Part shown: positions 48,778-59,507 of the stretch, one piece after another
Position numbering within the stretch: the stretch's first letter is position 1
Layout: the number at the start of each line of letters is the position of its first letter
Assembly (NCBI GenBank): GCA_050951585.1
Contig: JBMNJI010000007.1
Coordinates: 333,890-397,889, forward strand
DNA length: 64,000 nucleotides
Direction of reading: 5' to 3'
DNA from: Peptococcia bacterium
GTDB lineage: Bacteria; Bacillota; Peptococcia; DRI-13; DTU073
Notes under the pieces: generated by a model
Seen by the model: only the letters and a program-made list of their open reading frames with translations
What the model was told of the DNA's origin: nothing
Databases searched by the model: none
Translations under genes and position numbers: made by a program

Positions 48778-49980
48778 TTAACCTTCTTTGGTTATTGTCA
48801 CGTCCACTGAAGCCGGCTCAACCTTGAGCACTTGCATATTGGCCGGCAGTTCTACTTTGACAGCCAAATCATGCGTTCCCGGCTCCAGCTCTTTAACATC
48901 GACAACAGCCTTGACCTCCATATTTTTATCCAAATGTTCGAGCGCCTCCCGATCTCCTCTGACTATTAGCGCAACCTTTTCCGGCTTAATGATATACTTC
49001 AGTCCTTCCTGGGAATTGGTTACGGCAACCGGAATATCGGTAATTTCCTTCTCGACATCCGTAGCTTGTACCTGTACCAGAATCTTCACGACCGGCTGAT
49101 AAACGAGGCTCGCTCCATCCGGAGGCACCAAAGCCACCTGCGTGGCATATTCACTATCAATACCCGTAATATCCAACGGCGCTGTCGCCACATGATTAAT
49201 GAGGCTCAGGATTTCATATGGTCCGGATATCTTCACCGTCTCGGGATCAATGGTCACGCCGGAAACCTCGAATCCTTCCTTGGGCCTTCCCACAATCTGC
49301 GGTTTGATGGCTACCGTAATCGTATTGTTGGGCTTGGTAATCGGTACAAAAACCTGGACTTCCCGCGGACTAATCTCATATTCATCAGTTACCGTACTGC
49401 CGTCCTTCGTTAACAAAGTAACCGGCGTATTTAAACTAAGATCTTCCGTAGCCTGATTAAGGTTAATCGTCACCAAAGCGGTTTCCAGCTTATTAAGCAT
49501 TTGTCGGGCACCCCTGACTACCACCGTCGAAGGCTGCAACACCGGTTCAAAACTCGAATAACCCTTCGCCACCGTTCCTTTAGTAATCACCTGCACAGGC
49601 AATTGCTTCGTTTCAAGTGCATCAACAGCCAAACTCATGCTCGAAGGTCGCACCAAAACAAGCTCAACACCAGCCGGTAAATCCACTTCAATTAAATAAT
49701 CGTTCTCCCCGATTTGGGCATTATTCAAATCTATTGTTGCCTTAATTTCCTTTTCGGTAAGAAGCTTCACTATCGAAACAGGCCCTCGAACTTTGACCTC
49801 AACCTTACCCGGATTACTTCTTAACACCAGTCCATCTTGTAGATTCTGGTGTGTGACAGGAACCATTATGGTTTTTTCCGTTGGAGGATTTTGCATATTA
49901 ATGACATAAAGCCACAAGAGAATCGCCAGAAGAACAGCCAGCCCCTTATAAGCAATGTCTTTTTTCAATATTTCATACAT
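48778..49980 (-). CDS. cdaR: YbbR-domain protein, CdaA regulator
   Basis: 400 aa with an N-terminal TM followed by repeated YbbR-like beta domains. It sits in the conserved position between cdaA and glmM. Confidence 0.85.
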   Translation of the reverse strand: MYEILKKDIAYKGLAVLLAILLWLYVINMQNPPTEKTIMVPVTHQNLQDGLVLRSNPGKVEVKVRGPVSIVKLLTEKEIKATIDLNNAQIGENDYLIEVDLPAGVELVLVRPSSMSLAVDALETKQLPVQVITKGTVAKGYSSFEPVLQPSTVVVRGARQMLNKLETALVTINLNQATEDLSLNTPVTLLTKDGSTVTDEYEISPREVQVFVPITKPNNTITVAIKPQIVGRPKEGFEVSGVTIDPETVKISGPYEILSLINHVATAPLDITGIDSEYATQVALVPPDGASLVYQPVVKILVQVQATDVEKEITDIPVAVTNSQEGLKYIIKPEKVALIVRGDREALEHLDKNMEVKAVVDVKELEPGTHDLAVKVELPANMQVLKVEPASVDVTITKEG

Positions 49981-49982
49981 AG

Positions 49983-50789
49983 TTAAGACCTCCAGTTAAA
50001 CAACGGCATGGATGTTTGCTGTTTTGCGGAGAGACGCTTATTTAAGATTTCCCTTAACGTATTTTCATCAAGATAGCGAGTCAGTCTGCCTTCTTCCGCC
50101 ACAGAGATGACTCCTGTTTCTTCGGAGACCGTAATCCCGATACTGTCGGACTGTTCGGTTAAACCTAAGGCCGCACGATGCCTTGTCCCCAGCTCTTTAC
50201 TAAGATTGGGGTTTTCCGAAAGCGGAAGGAAACAACCCGCTGCAGCAATCCGGTCCCCTCTGATAATCACCGCACCATCATGAAGAGGGCTCTTCGGAAT
50301 AAAAATATTTACCAGGATTTCTGAAGAAACAAGTCCATCTATTTTCGTTCCTGTTTCGATATAATCATTAACACCAATTTCCCGTTCTAGAATGATCAGG
50401 GCTCCAATGCTATTCTCGGATAAACTTTTGGCCGCCCGCACAATCTGATCGACAAGCTTCTCCAAAGCCTCCTCATTCAACATCGACATCGGACGGGCAA
50501 AAAACTTCCCCCGCCCTAACCGTTCCAAGGCCCGGCGCAATTCAGGCTGAAAAACAACTGGTAAAGCCACGACAAGCACTGTCTTCAACTGATCCAATAT
50601 CCAGCTTACGGTGGTAAAACCAGCAAACTTGCTGACCAGGGAAGCAAGCAGTAGAACAATCAAGCCCTTAATCAACTGCACGGCTCGCGTGCCTTTAATA
50701 ATCATCATGGCTTTATAGATCACAAAGGCCACAATGAGAATATCGATGATACTAATGAAATTAACTATTTCCAGAACTTGATTCCACAA
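49983..50789 (-). CDS. cdaA: diadenylate cyclase CdaA (DisA_N/DAC domain)
   Basis: Three N-terminal TM segments, then a DAC domain (...PLHDGAVIIRGDRIAAAGCFLPLS...GTRHRAALGLTEQSD). Confidence 0.93.
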   Translation of the reverse strand: MWNQVLEIVNFISIIDILIVAFVIYKAMMIIKGTRAVQLIKGLIVLLLASLVSKFAGFTTVSWILDQLKTVLVVALPVVFQPELRRALERLGRGKFFARPMSMLNEEALEKLVDQIVRAAKSLSENSIGALIILEREIGVNDYIETGTKIDGLVSSEILVNIFIPKSPLHDGAVIIRGDRIAAAGCFLPLSENPNLSKELGTRHRAALGLTEQSDSIGITVSEETGVISVAEEGRLTRYLDENTLREILNKRLSAKQQTSMPLFNWRS

Positions 50790-50967
50790 AAACGCTTCCT
50801 CCTTTTGTTTCGCTGATTTTACTAGTTCGACAATTCATCTGCCGATTCCTTTAAATACCCTTGAAAAATAGTGGCAGCCTCTGTGAATAATTATAGCCTT
50901 TTTCCTCTTTCCGTGGTATTATCTTCCTATAAAATGTGATAAATATTTTTTGTTCTTAGTTTATTTA

Positions 50968-50976
50968 TGATATAAT
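50968..50976 (+). promoter_or_regulatory. extended -10 element (TGaTATAAT) upstream of the DUF881-sbp-DUF881 operon
   Basis: Read directly. The -35 is weak (TTTGTT). Confidence 0.4.
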
Positions 50977-51025
50977 TTGATATACTATGAATTTATTATC
51001 TCGCGCAAAAGGGAGGAGAAGTAAT

Positions 51026-51727
51026 TTGCGAAAATATATCATGCCATTACTCATCATTTGCCTCTTTACAGGCTTCTTCCTCGCTTATCAGTTTAAGGTC
51101 CAATCTAAAAGTACCAGTTTCGAGGCAATTAGTCAAAGAAATAATAATCTTATTACAATTATCCAGGATTTAGAAAAGGAAATTGCCAATCAGGAAAATC
51201 AAATTGACGCCATGCGTACGCAACTGAATGATATTCAGAGTCAAAATAATCAGGGAAAGCTACAGGAATTTCAAACAAAGCTCACCAGAGCAAAAATCGA
51301 AGCGGGTCTCACTCCGGTTATTGGCAAAGGACTGACTATTACCCTTGATGACAATAAAGAAGGCCTAAAAGATAATCCCACGGATGACCCCAACAAATAC
51401 ATTATTCATTATGAACACATCCTTAATCTTGTCAACGAATTAAAAATCGGGAGTGCTGAAGCAATTGCCATTAATGGGCAGAGGTTAATCACCACTTCCG
51501 AGATCCGTTGTGTAGGCAACGTCATTCTCGTCAATATGACCCGTATTGCTCCCCCTTTTGAGATTAAAGCAATCGGCAGCCCGAAATTAATGAACGAAAG
51601 CATTTTAATGGGGCAATTAGGTATTTTAAAAGATGCTAATTTCCCGGTTACGATTGTCGAAACTGAAGAATTAGTCATTCCCGCCTACAAAGGAGATCTG
51701 CAATTCACATACACTGCACAGCAATAA
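51026..51727 (+). CDS. DUF881 domain protein (YlxW/YlxX-like)
   Basis: TM, coiled coil and a DUF881 C-terminal domain (..GLTITLDD...IHYEHILNLVNELKIGSAEAIAINGQRL). I prefer the TTG at 51026 (GGGAGGAG 7 nt upstream) to the ATG at 50987, which lacks an RBS. Confidence 0.8.
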   Translation: MRKYIMPLLIICLFTGFFLAYQFKVQSKSTSFEAISQRNNNLITIIQDLEKEIANQENQIDAMRTQLNDIQSQNNQGKLQEFQTKLTRAKIEAGLTPVIGKGLTITLDDNKEGLKDNPTDDPNKYIIHYEHILNLVNELKIGSAEAIAINGQRLITTSEIRCVGNVILVNMTRIAPPFEIKAIGSPKLMNESILMGQLGILKDANFPVTIVETEELVIPAYKGDLQFTYTAQQ

Positions 51728-51740
51728 AGGAGGCTTTTCT

Positions 51741-52118
51741 ATGTGGTTTATCTTACCCTTGCTCGGCTTAATTATCGGTGCATATCTCGGGTCTGCCGTG
51801 ACCTTTCAATTACCGGCAATCTATTTAAAATACATGTCAATCGCTGTGCTGGCTTCTTTGGACTCCGTTTTTGGCGGGATTAGGTCGATCATGGAAGAAA
51901 AGTTTGACGGCACAATTCTCCTGACGGGTTTTTTTACTAATGCCTTGTTAGCTGCCTTATTAACATATCTCGGTGACCGACTGGGCGTCGACCTCTATTA
52001 TGCTGCGGTCTTTGCCTTCGGCGTTCGTCTTTTTCAAAACCTTGCCGCAATCAGGCACCATTTCTTGACGAAACTCCGCAGTAAAAAGCGGGTAAAGCCA
52101 GGTGAGAGCAATGAATAG
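51741..52118 (+). CDS. sbp: small basic protein Sbp (DUF1290)
   Basis: 125-aa membrane protein lying between two DUF881 genes, as in the Bacillus ylxW-ylxX-sbp region. Confidence 0.78.
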   Translation: MWFILPLLGLIIGAYLGSAVTFQLPAIYLKYMSIAVLASLDSVFGGIRSIMEEKFDGTILLTGFFTNALLAALLTYLGDRLGVDLYYAAVFAFGVRLFQNLAAIRHHFLTKLRSKKRVKPGESNE

Positions 52119-52893
52119 TAAACGCTGGTATCTGCCGATTACCGTTGTTTTTCTTTTTCTCGGCATTATGCTCTCTTTGCAGTTCCAGGCCCAAACCCGT
52201 GCCGCCAGCGACCTAACTCAACAAAGAACCGAAACCTTAATTACCATGGTCCGTGCCCTTTCCGAGAAAAGGCAAAAGCTTGCGCTGGAGATTATTGACC
52301 TGGGCAACCAACTGCGTTCGCAAATGGAGAGCTCACAAGACGAGCAAAAAATGCTGCAGAGCATCAGTCAGGAAACGGAAAAATTAAATATCGTAAACGG
52401 AGCAACCGAACAAAAGGGGTCCGGCCTAACGATTACCATTGAAGATTATATGCCTATTGTTTATACGGATCTTTTGAATATTGTTAACGAATTATGGAAC
52501 GCCGGCGCTGAAGCCATTGCCATTAATGAACACCGGATCACTCAGCACACAACCATCTCGTATACCGAAACTCATGCTCCTACGGAATGGGATCCGGCCT
52601 TTGATGATTATTACGTTATGTTTATGACTGTGAACCACCAGATCATCGAGTATCCCATTACAATAAGCGCCATCGGAGACCCGAATAATCTCGAAAAAGG
52701 CTTAACCCTACCAGGCGGCATTATGGATAATCTTGCTCTTTTTAATGCCTACCCCTTAATCAATAAGGAAGAAAAATTAACGATACCCGCCGTGGAGAAA
52801 CCGCATACTCATTACTTTGTCAAAGAATATAACCCGGAGACAAACAGTCCGAAAAATGGCAATGAGCCCGCCGCCAAACAAAAAAGACCCTGA
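52102..52893 (+). CDS. DUF881 domain protein (second paralog)
   Basis: Same architecture as 51026-51727 (GSGLTITIED...LLNIVNELWNAGAEAIAINEHRI). Confidence 0.8.
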   Translation: MRAMNSKRWYLPITVVFLFLGIMLSLQFQAQTRAASDLTQQRTETLITMVRALSEKRQKLALEIIDLGNQLRSQMESSQDEQKMLQSISQETEKLNIVNGATEQKGSGLTITIEDYMPIVYTDLLNIVNELWNAGAEAIAINEHRITQHTTISYTETHAPTEWDPAFDDYYVMFMTVNHQIIEYPITISAIGDPNNLEKGLTLPGGIMDNLALFNAYPLINKEEKLTIPAVEKPHTHYFVKEYNPETNSPKNGNEPAAKQKRP

Positions 52894-52918
52894 AATCATT
52901 CTCAGGGTCTTTTTTTTA
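52880..52918. terminator. bidirectional rho-independent terminator
   Basis: AAAAAAGACCCUGA-aatcattc-UCAGGGUCUUUUUUUU. It is shared by the convergent DUF881 operon and the 537-aa gene. Confidence 0.85.
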
Positions 52919-52927
52919 TGGACAACT

Positions 52928-54541
52928 TTACACTACGCACACGCTGCCTAATTCCAAAGCCGCGGCCTTTACGGAAGGGATCTTGCCCATTTCTTTTAGC
53001 GCGGGGGCTTCCTTCGCCATCGCCTGCAGCATTTTATAGATTTGCCATTTACGTTCCGAAGAAATTTGCGTCGAAAATGTCTCATAATAAATTTTCAACT
53101 CCTTATCGAGAATAAACTCAGCCTTCTCGGCAAACCGCTTTAATTCTTCCTCCAGAGCATAGCCGCAGGCATTGATTCTGAGCCAATTCCCATTAAGATA
53201 GTATTCGATAAAACCGCATACCTGCTTTGTCTTTTTGTCACGCTTCTCCTTGATAAAATACCACATATCTGTGTCCAGTTTCACGCGTTCGGTTGCTTCT
53301 TCCCGGAGCAGGTTCAGCACATCTCTTTTATTCTTCAGGCATGAAAAGGCTGATGACATGGAGAATTTATCATCTTGCTCCCCTACAGTGTTTCGCTCTG
53401 CATGAACCCTGAATATTTTTTGCAGGGAATCTCCGGTAATTACTGTTTTGTATAATTCACGAACCGGCAGATAATATTTCTGCGTAAAGACCGCTTTTTG
53501 TCTCAGCTCATCAGCTAAGAGCCGCTCCATCCTGGCTAAATTAACAGCTTTTGAAGCGTAAATGAGCAATTCCTGTTCGGTTAAGATAAACTCACAGATA
53601 ATCCCGTCCGTTACATCAAAGCCTTGCAGGGGACTGTCATCCGTCTTGAGCAGCTTATAACATTCTCCAATCTCAAATTCCCCTGTTAAAAAGACTTCCG
53701 GCAGATTAACCAGCCAATCACGCAACCATACCGCCGCAGGAATAGTATAGGCAGAACAAAAAACGAAATAATTCAGCGGATTTTCCGGGTGTTCCGTCGA
53801 AAGTGTTTCACGCTGTAGCTCCACAAATTCATCAACAACCAGCCCATTTGGCTCTTCACGCAAGACAAAACGATAAACGATCTTGATGACCTCCTCCTCC
53901 GGAGTACAAACCATCACCTCTGCTGTCGTAATCATCCGTCCATCTGCTTTTTCAGCTCCTCTAAACCTGGTCTTCAAAAAGGTATAGAGACTCATCCTTT
54001 CACCAAACGTGGCAATAAAATCGTCTCGTTCGCCTAAGGCCTCCCTGCCCCGGGCACTGGAGAGGTCATAAAGCAGCGCAATGTCCAATCTTCTGAGCGC
54101 ATGCAAAAGCACATGAGTGAATTCCGCCGGTGTTAATTGCTGCACAAATAGCTTACGCAAAAGTAAGCCTCTATCCACAGAGGCCGTGTCATGATTTAAT
54201 AAAAACTGGTAGCTCGCCAAATCGCCGGCCGGTTTAGTCCCAAACCGGCAGTTTTGTTTGTACGCATCCTGCAATAACGCAACCGCTTCCAAAAACTCGA
54301 GCCGCACATAGCCGGGCAGTTCTTCCCGCCCGTCACACATCCCGATGCAGTTCACATTTTGGGCATGATACTGCTTAAGCCCTTCGTGATTAAAAGCTAA
54401 GATAAAATTGTGCATTTCATACTCTTTCCGCAAAGAATTTTTTTCCCTCCGGAACACTAAAGCACATTGTACGCTCTCCCGCCCTGAAGAGACATAAGCA
54501 GAATACTCCCCGCTGCTATCTGAAATAGCGCTTTCCTTCAT
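52928..54541 (-). CDS. hypothetical protein, 537 aa, no recognisable domain
   Basis: Long uninterrupted ORF with a GGGAGAG element 10 nt upstream and terminators on both sides. There is no TM or signal peptide and no motif I can assign. Confidence 0.6.
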   Translation of the reverse strand: MKESAISDSSGEYSAYVSSGRESVQCALVFRREKNSLRKEYEMHNFILAFNHEGLKQYHAQNVNCIGMCDGREELPGYVRLEFLEAVALLQDAYKQNCRFGTKPAGDLASYQFLLNHDTASVDRGLLLRKLFVQQLTPAEFTHVLLHALRRLDIALLYDLSSARGREALGERDDFIATFGERMSLYTFLKTRFRGAEKADGRMITTAEVMVCTPEEEVIKIVYRFVLREEPNGLVVDEFVELQRETLSTEHPENPLNYFVFCSAYTIPAAVWLRDWLVNLPEVFLTGEFEIGECYKLLKTDDSPLQGFDVTDGIICEFILTEQELLIYASKAVNLARMERLLADELRQKAVFTQKYYLPVRELYKTVITGDSLQKIFRVHAERNTVGEQDDKFSMSSAFSCLKNKRDVLNLLREEATERVKLDTDMWYFIKEKRDKKTKQVCGFIEYYLNGNWLRINACGYALEEELKRFAEKAEFILDKELKIYYETFSTQISSERKWQIYKMLQAMAKEAPALKEMGKIPSVKAAALELGSVCVV

Positions 54542-54721
54542 CCCTTTTCACTCTCCCGAACCATTCTTCTTTCTACCTATATTGTTCCCATTTTTTTAAT
54601 ATTTTTCATGACCGTAAAATATTTTCATAATATACTTCGCTAAATCCTCGGCCAATCCTTTAGTAATTTTCCCTCAGGATTCAGCAAGAATCGTAGTCGG
54701 GATGTTGTAATCTGTCAGAGC

Positions 54722-54756
54722 ATAAAGAAAACGGGAAGAGCTTTTCTCTTCCCGTT
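54722..54756 (-). terminator. rho-independent terminator of the D-aminoacylase gene
   Basis: On the minus strand, AACGGGAAGAG-aaaag-CUCUUCCCGUU is followed by UUCUUUAU. Confidence 0.75.
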
Positions 54757-54765
54757 AATTTCTGA

Positions 54766-56133
54766 TCAAACAGCGCTTTTCTTTAGAGGCTGTCCACTGC
54801 TATCATTGAGCAATTTTCCTTCCGCCCAGGCTAAAGTTCCGTTAACCCAAACCTGTCGAACACCCTCGGAAAAAAGTGTGGTTTTCTCGCGCGTGGCGTG
54901 ATCAATGATCGTGGCCGGATCAAACAAAACCAGATCCGCCTGATATCCCTCTTTTAACAACCCACGATTGGTAAGCCCCAGCCGCGCGGCCGGTTTCGAC
55001 GTTAATTTGGCAATCGCCGTTTCCAATGACAAAATGTTCTTTTCCCGTACATAACGACCCAAAAATCGTGGGATGTTGCCATAGGCACGAGGATGGGTAG
55101 CCCAGCCACCTTTATAGATGCCTGAATCACTGCCAAAAAAGGTTAACGGATGGGCCATGGCCAACTCCAGGTTTTCCTCACTAATGGACGGAACAAAGGG
55201 CTTTTTACCGATGTCAGTACTCGAATATGTATAGGCATAAAGATCGGCGGTGATGTCCAAACCGGAAGCAGCCGCCTCCTCCAGCATCTGCAAAACCCGC
55301 GGGAACTTGTCCCAATTTCGTTGATAACCGGCCTTAATATGACAATACTGAACCGGAATCCCCACTGTGTTACCTATGTAAATTGCTTCTTCCACTGCTT
55401 CCAGCACCTTGTCATATTCACTGCGGATATGGGTGGCGTAAAACCCGCCTGCCTCTTTCACAACCTCACATAGCCCAATCAATTCTTCGGTTGTCGCATA
55501 AGTCTGCGGCCAATATTCCAGCCCCACCGACAACCCGAGAGCCCCGCTTTTCATCTCCTTTGTCAGATGCTCCTGCATTTTGCTCTGTTGGGCCGGCGTA
55601 GTTTTGCCGCTTCTGTCGCTGCCATGCACTACTTGCCGCAAACTGGCATAACCCATCAGCAAGCCATAATTAATCGCCATCTTCGGGATAGAAGAAAAAT
55701 ATCCTCCAATCCCCTGGGGCGAACGTCCGCAATTGCCGCCTACCTGCGCCGTTACACCCTGTGAAAGGAAAGCACTCATATCAGCGCCGCTGTAAAAATA
55801 GTCTTCCGTGTGTGTATGTATATCAATAAAGCCCGGGGCTAGTACTAATCCTTGCCCATCAATAACCGTAACCGTCTCTGGAAGAGGAAATTCACCAACC
55901 GCGGCAATCTTTTGTCCTTTTACCGCTACTTTTCCTTGGTAAGCCGGTTGCCCCGAGCCATCAACAATCAGCACATGGTCGATAACCCAGTCACAATCAG
56001 GCGGCTCTGGTGCAGGTGGTTCCTCTCCGCTTACCTTATTTACCCGTGATTCATAACGAAAAATACTTAGAGGTACTACGGCTGTTACAACTACTGCTCC
56101 CAATCCTATCAAAAATTGGCGTCTCGTCAGCAT
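54766..56133 (-). CDS. N-acyl-D-amino-acid deacylase (D-aminoacylase) family amidohydrolase with Tat-type signal
   Basis: 455 aa. It has a twin-arginine motif (TRRQFLIGLGA) and the GFIDIHTHTE metal site. The overall pattern is typical of D-aminoacylases. Confidence 0.82.
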   Translation of the reverse strand: MLTRRQFLIGLGAVVVTAVVPLSIFRYESRVNKVSGEEPPAPEPPDCDWVIDHVLIVDGSGQPAYQGKVAVKGQKIAAVGEFPLPETVTVIDGQGLVLAPGFIDIHTHTEDYFYSGADMSAFLSQGVTAQVGGNCGRSPQGIGGYFSSIPKMAINYGLLMGYASLRQVVHGSDRSGKTTPAQQSKMQEHLTKEMKSGALGLSVGLEYWPQTYATTEELIGLCEVVKEAGGFYATHIRSEYDKVLEAVEEAIYIGNTVGIPVQYCHIKAGYQRNWDKFPRVLQMLEEAAASGLDITADLYAYTYSSTDIGKKPFVPSISEENLELAMAHPLTFFGSDSGIYKGGWATHPRAYGNIPRFLGRYVREKNILSLETAIAKLTSKPAARLGLTNRGLLKEGYQADLVLFDPATIIDHATREKTTLFSEGVRQVWVNGTLAWAEGKLLNDSSGQPLKKSAV

Positions 56134-56254
56134 GTTCTTTGTTCGCTCTCCTCATACGCTCCCCTCGACACGGAACGTCATAATACTGAATAATTCGCTG
56201 TCGGACGCCTAATCCCTTTTTCGATTTTTCTTTTTTGTTTTGTCCCCATTGGTT

Positions 56255-56512
56255 TTATGAACAGCCGGAACAACCACAGCAGCCGCCGTGATGCGAACAG
56301 CCGCCGGAACCCGCGCTGCCAGAGGACGAACCATCTTCAGCGGATCGGCCTGCTCCTGCCCCTTTTCCTCCTAAGACATTACAGCGCCGAAAGATTTGTT
56401 CCAGGTGAATACTGCCACATTTCTCACAGCGCGCTTCCTTTTTTCGGCTAATGCTCAATTGCTGAGAAAAGTTCTCGCCGCAATCCAGGCATTTAAAGTC
56501 ATATGTTGGCAT
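56255..56512 (-). CDS. FmdB-family zinc ribbon protein with Gly/Ser/Cys-rich tail
   Basis: MPTYDFKCLDCG...ARCEKCGS shows the CxxC...CxxC pattern. The tail reads GSAGSGGCSHHGGCCGCSGCS. The ATG at 56512 is preceded by GAAGGTGA. Confidence 0.8.
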   Translation of the reverse strand: MPTYDFKCLDCGENFSQQLSISRKKEARCEKCGSIHLEQIFRRCNVLGGKGAGAGRSAEDGSSSGSAGSGGCSHHGGCCGCSGCS

Positions 56513-56569
56513 TGACATCACCTTCTGTCCTTTACTAAGCTTCTCTGTTACCCTGTATAATTATATAGC

Positions 56570-57637
56570 TTAGTCGATTGCTTTTACAACAGCGGCGGTC
56601 ATCGCCTCAGTTCCGACCAGTGTAGTGCCCGCCGTCCAGATATCAGGAGTCCTTAAACCCTGGTCCAAAGCCACCCCTACCGCACGTTCCACGTCGTTAG
56701 CGGCCGCCGCATTCTGAAATGAAATGCGCAACAGCATGGCCAGGGATAATATGGCCGCCAAAGGATTTGCTTTATCCTGGCCGGCAATATCCGGGGCGGA
56801 ACCATGGGCAGGTTCGTACAAGGCCGGGCCCTCCCCGATACTGGCTGAGGGGAGCATCCCTAAGGAGGCACCTAACACAGACGCCTGATCGGAGAGAATA
56901 TCGCCAAACATATTCTCCGTAACCAATACATCAAACTGGGCCGGGTTCAAACAAAGCTGCATCGCACAATTATCCACATACAAATGGTGCAGAGATATTT
57001 CCGGGTGCTCCTTGCATTCCTCCAGCACAATTTTCCGCCACAAACGCGAGGTGTCAAGCACATTCGCTTTGTCGACAGAAGTAACCTTTTTCCGCCGCTC
57101 CCCGGCTAAAGCAAAAGCTACTTTCACAATCCGCCGGATTTCTGCCGCGCTATATTCAATCGTATCATAGGCCCGTAATTCCCCGGCCCCATCCGTTTCT
57201 GTGCCTCGGGCCCCAAAATACGCTCCACCCGTTAGTTCCCGGACAATCAGCAGGTCAACGCCTGCTATTTTTTCACTCTTAAACGGGGACTGCTCCAACA
57301 ACTGCGGCCAACATTTGACGGGACGCAAATTAGCATACAAACGCAGTAACTTCCGAATCCCTAAGAGGCCCTGTTCCGGACGCACCTTTTTATCCGGGCC
57401 ATCCCATCGGGGACCGCCGACAGCACCCAATAAGACCGCATCACTTTGCGTAACCAGTTTCTTCGTTTCCTCCGGCAAAGGATCTCCGGTCGCATCAATG
57501 GCACTGCCGCCGATCAGCCCGGTGTCCACCTCATAGTCAAGGCCGTATTTTGGCCTGAGCGCCGCTAGAACGTTTAGCGCCTGTGCCGTCACTTCCTGCC
57601 CAATACCGTCTCCGGGGAGCACTGCCAGTTTAAACAT
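56570..57637 (-). CDS. leuB: 3-isopropylmalate dehydrogenase
   Basis: 355 aa. [16 protein letters not shown]...NLFGDILSD-type motif ([12 protein letters not shown]). Confidence 0.96.
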   Translation of the reverse strand: MFKLAVLPGDGIGQEVTAQALNVLAALRPKYGLDYEVDTGLIGGSAIDATGDPLPEETKKLVTQSDAVLLGAVGGPRWDGPDKKVRPEQGLLGIRKLLRLYANLRPVKCWPQLLEQSPFKSEKIAGVDLLIVRELTGGAYFGARGTETDGAGELRAYDTIEYSAAEIRRIVKVAFALAGERRKKVTSVDKANVLDTSRLWRKIVLEECKEHPEISLHHLYVDNCAMQLCLNPAQFDVLVTENMFGDILSDQASVLGASLGMLPSASIGEGPALYEPAHGSAPDIAGQDKANPLAAILSLAMLLRISFQNAAAANDVERAVGVALDQGLRTPDIWTAGTTLVGTEAMTAAVVKAID

Positions 57638-58160
57638 TCTGCTGTTTCACCTTCTCTCTGACATAGGGAATGGCTCCGCCCGCCTGCAAGATTTCCAGCA
57701 TGAACGCAGGAAAAGCTTCCCCTTGATAGGTCTTGCCATTGGTCTGATCCTCAATTACGCCCGTAGCCGGGTCCACCTCCAGCACAGACCCTTCCTCTAC
57801 AGCAACGGCCGCTTCCGGAGCCACAATTACGGGCAAACCGATGTTAATCGCATTACGGTAAAAAATGCGGGCAAAACTTTCCGCAATAACACAACTAAAA
57901 CCGGCATATTTAATCGCTACCGGAGCATGTTCCCGGGAACTGCCGCAGCCAAAATTCTTCCCGGCCACCAAAATATCTCCCTGCCGCACTTTCGTCGTAA
58001 TCTCCGGAATGAGATCCTCCAGACAATGCTGAGCCAGATAATCCCCCTCGGAACGGGTGAGGTAACGGGCGGCGATAATCACATCCGTATCGATATCATG
58101 TCCGACTTTCCAAACCTTTCCCTTTAACTTCTTCAGCCCGGTTTTCTCGATTCCAGCCAT
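57630..58160 (-). CDS. leuD: 3-isopropylmalate dehydratase small subunit (short, archaeal-like type)
   Basis: 176 aa. [17 protein letters not shown]...[14 protein letters not shown]. Confidence 0.93.
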   Translation of the reverse strand: MAGIEKTGLKKLKGKVWKVGHDIDTDVIIAARYLTRSEGDYLAQHCLEDLIPEITTKVRQGDILVAGKNFGCGSSREHAPVAIKYAGFSCVIAESFARIFYRNAINIGLPVIVAPEAAVAVEEGSVLEVDPATGVIEDQTNGKTYQGEAFPAFMLEILQAGGAIPYVREKVKQQNV

Positions 58161-59434
58161 TATTTCAGCACCTCCTCAGGAGCGGCAATGCGGCCCATTA
58201 CGGCCGAGGCGGCCGCTACCGCAGGGTTAGCCAGGTAGACTTCGCTTTCGGGATGCCCCATCCGCCCCACGAAATTGCGATTGGTGGTGGAGACAGCCCG
58301 TTCGCCCTTGGCGAGAATACCCATATGACCACCGAGGCACGGTCCGCAGGTGGGTGTGCTCACCACGGCACCGGCTTGCACAAAGGTTTCCACCAGGCCT
58401 TCCTTTACTGCCCGCAGGTAAATCTCCTGGGTGCCCGGAATGACAATCACCCGCACATTCTCATGCACCTTTTTATCATGCAAAACTTGCGCTGCCACCC
58501 AAAGATCCTCCCAGCGCCCATTCGTACATGACCCGATGACAACCTGATCAATCCGCACATCTGCCTTTGCAGCCGCATCCACATCCCGCACATTGGAAGG
58601 AAGATGCGGAAAGGCAACCTGCGGCTGTAGCTTCGTCACGTCAATCTCCACAAGCTCACTGTAGATGGCATCATCATCGCTCCGGTATATTTTCCAGGGT
58701 CTTTTCGCCCTGCCCCGCACATATTCAATCGTCTTGTCATCGGGCGCAATAATCCCGTTCTTGGCCCCGGCCTCAATGGCCATATTCGCCATTGTCAGCC
58801 GCCCGTCCATGGATAAATTGCTGATGGCTTCCCCGGTAAATTCCATAGCCATATAGCGGGCCCCATCGACCCCTACTTTACCGATTGCCGCCAAAATATA
58901 GTCCTTTCCGGAAACCCAGGGATTTTCCGGCACACCTTTAAAAACCACCTTCATGGTCTCCGGTACGCGGAACCAGATTTCCCCCTGGGCCATCCCCACC
59001 GCCAGATCCGTGCTGCCTACGCCGGTGGAAAAAGCACCTAACCCGCCATAGGTGCAGGTATGGGAATCGGCCCCGATGACCACATCCCCCGGTACGACCA
59101 AGCCTTGTTCCGGTAAGAAACAATGCTCAATCCCATTGCGTCCTACTTCATAATAATGGGCTAACCCCTGTTGTTGCGCAAAACACTTTATATCCACACA
59201 TTGCTGTGCGGAAGGAATATCTTTCGCCGGAGCAAAATGATCCGGTATCAAGACCACTTTTTCCTGATCAAAAACCTTTTCCACGCCAATTTTCGCGAAT
59301 TCTTTTATGGCCAGGGGACCGGTGATATCGTTAGCCAGAACCAGATCCAATTTGGCATTAATCAAATCACCCGCGGCAACCTTTTCCACTCCAGCGTGCG
59401 CAGCCAGAATCTTCTCCGTAATCGTCATTCCCAT
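58160..59434 (-). CDS. leuC: 3-isopropylmalate dehydratase large subunit
   Basis: 424 aa. Aconitase-family Fe-S cysteines are present (..GSCTNGR.. and ..TCGPCLGG..). Confidence 0.95.
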   Translation of the reverse strand: MGMTITEKILAAHAGVEKVAAGDLINAKLDLVLANDITGPLAIKEFAKIGVEKVFDQEKVVLIPDHFAPAKDIPSAQQCVDIKCFAQQQGLAHYYEVGRNGIEHCFLPEQGLVVPGDVVIGADSHTCTYGGLGAFSTGVGSTDLAVGMAQGEIWFRVPETMKVVFKGVPENPWVSGKDYILAAIGKVGVDGARYMAMEFTGEAISNLSMDGRLTMANMAIEAGAKNGIIAPDDKTIEYVRGRAKRPWKIYRSDDDAIYSELVEIDVTKLQPQVAFPHLPSNVRDVDAAAKADVRIDQVVIGSCTNGRWEDLWVAAQVLHDKKVHENVRVIVIPGTQEIYLRAVKEGLVETFVQAGAVVSTPTCGPCLGGHMGILAKGERAVSTTNRNFVGRMGHPESEVYLANPAVAAASAVMGRIAAPEEVLK

Positions 59435-59507
59435 CGTTCATCTCGCCCCCTTTTTACTAATCTTGCAGAAAAATGCTATACCCGAACCAAAAATTTTTCC
59501 TCCATCC

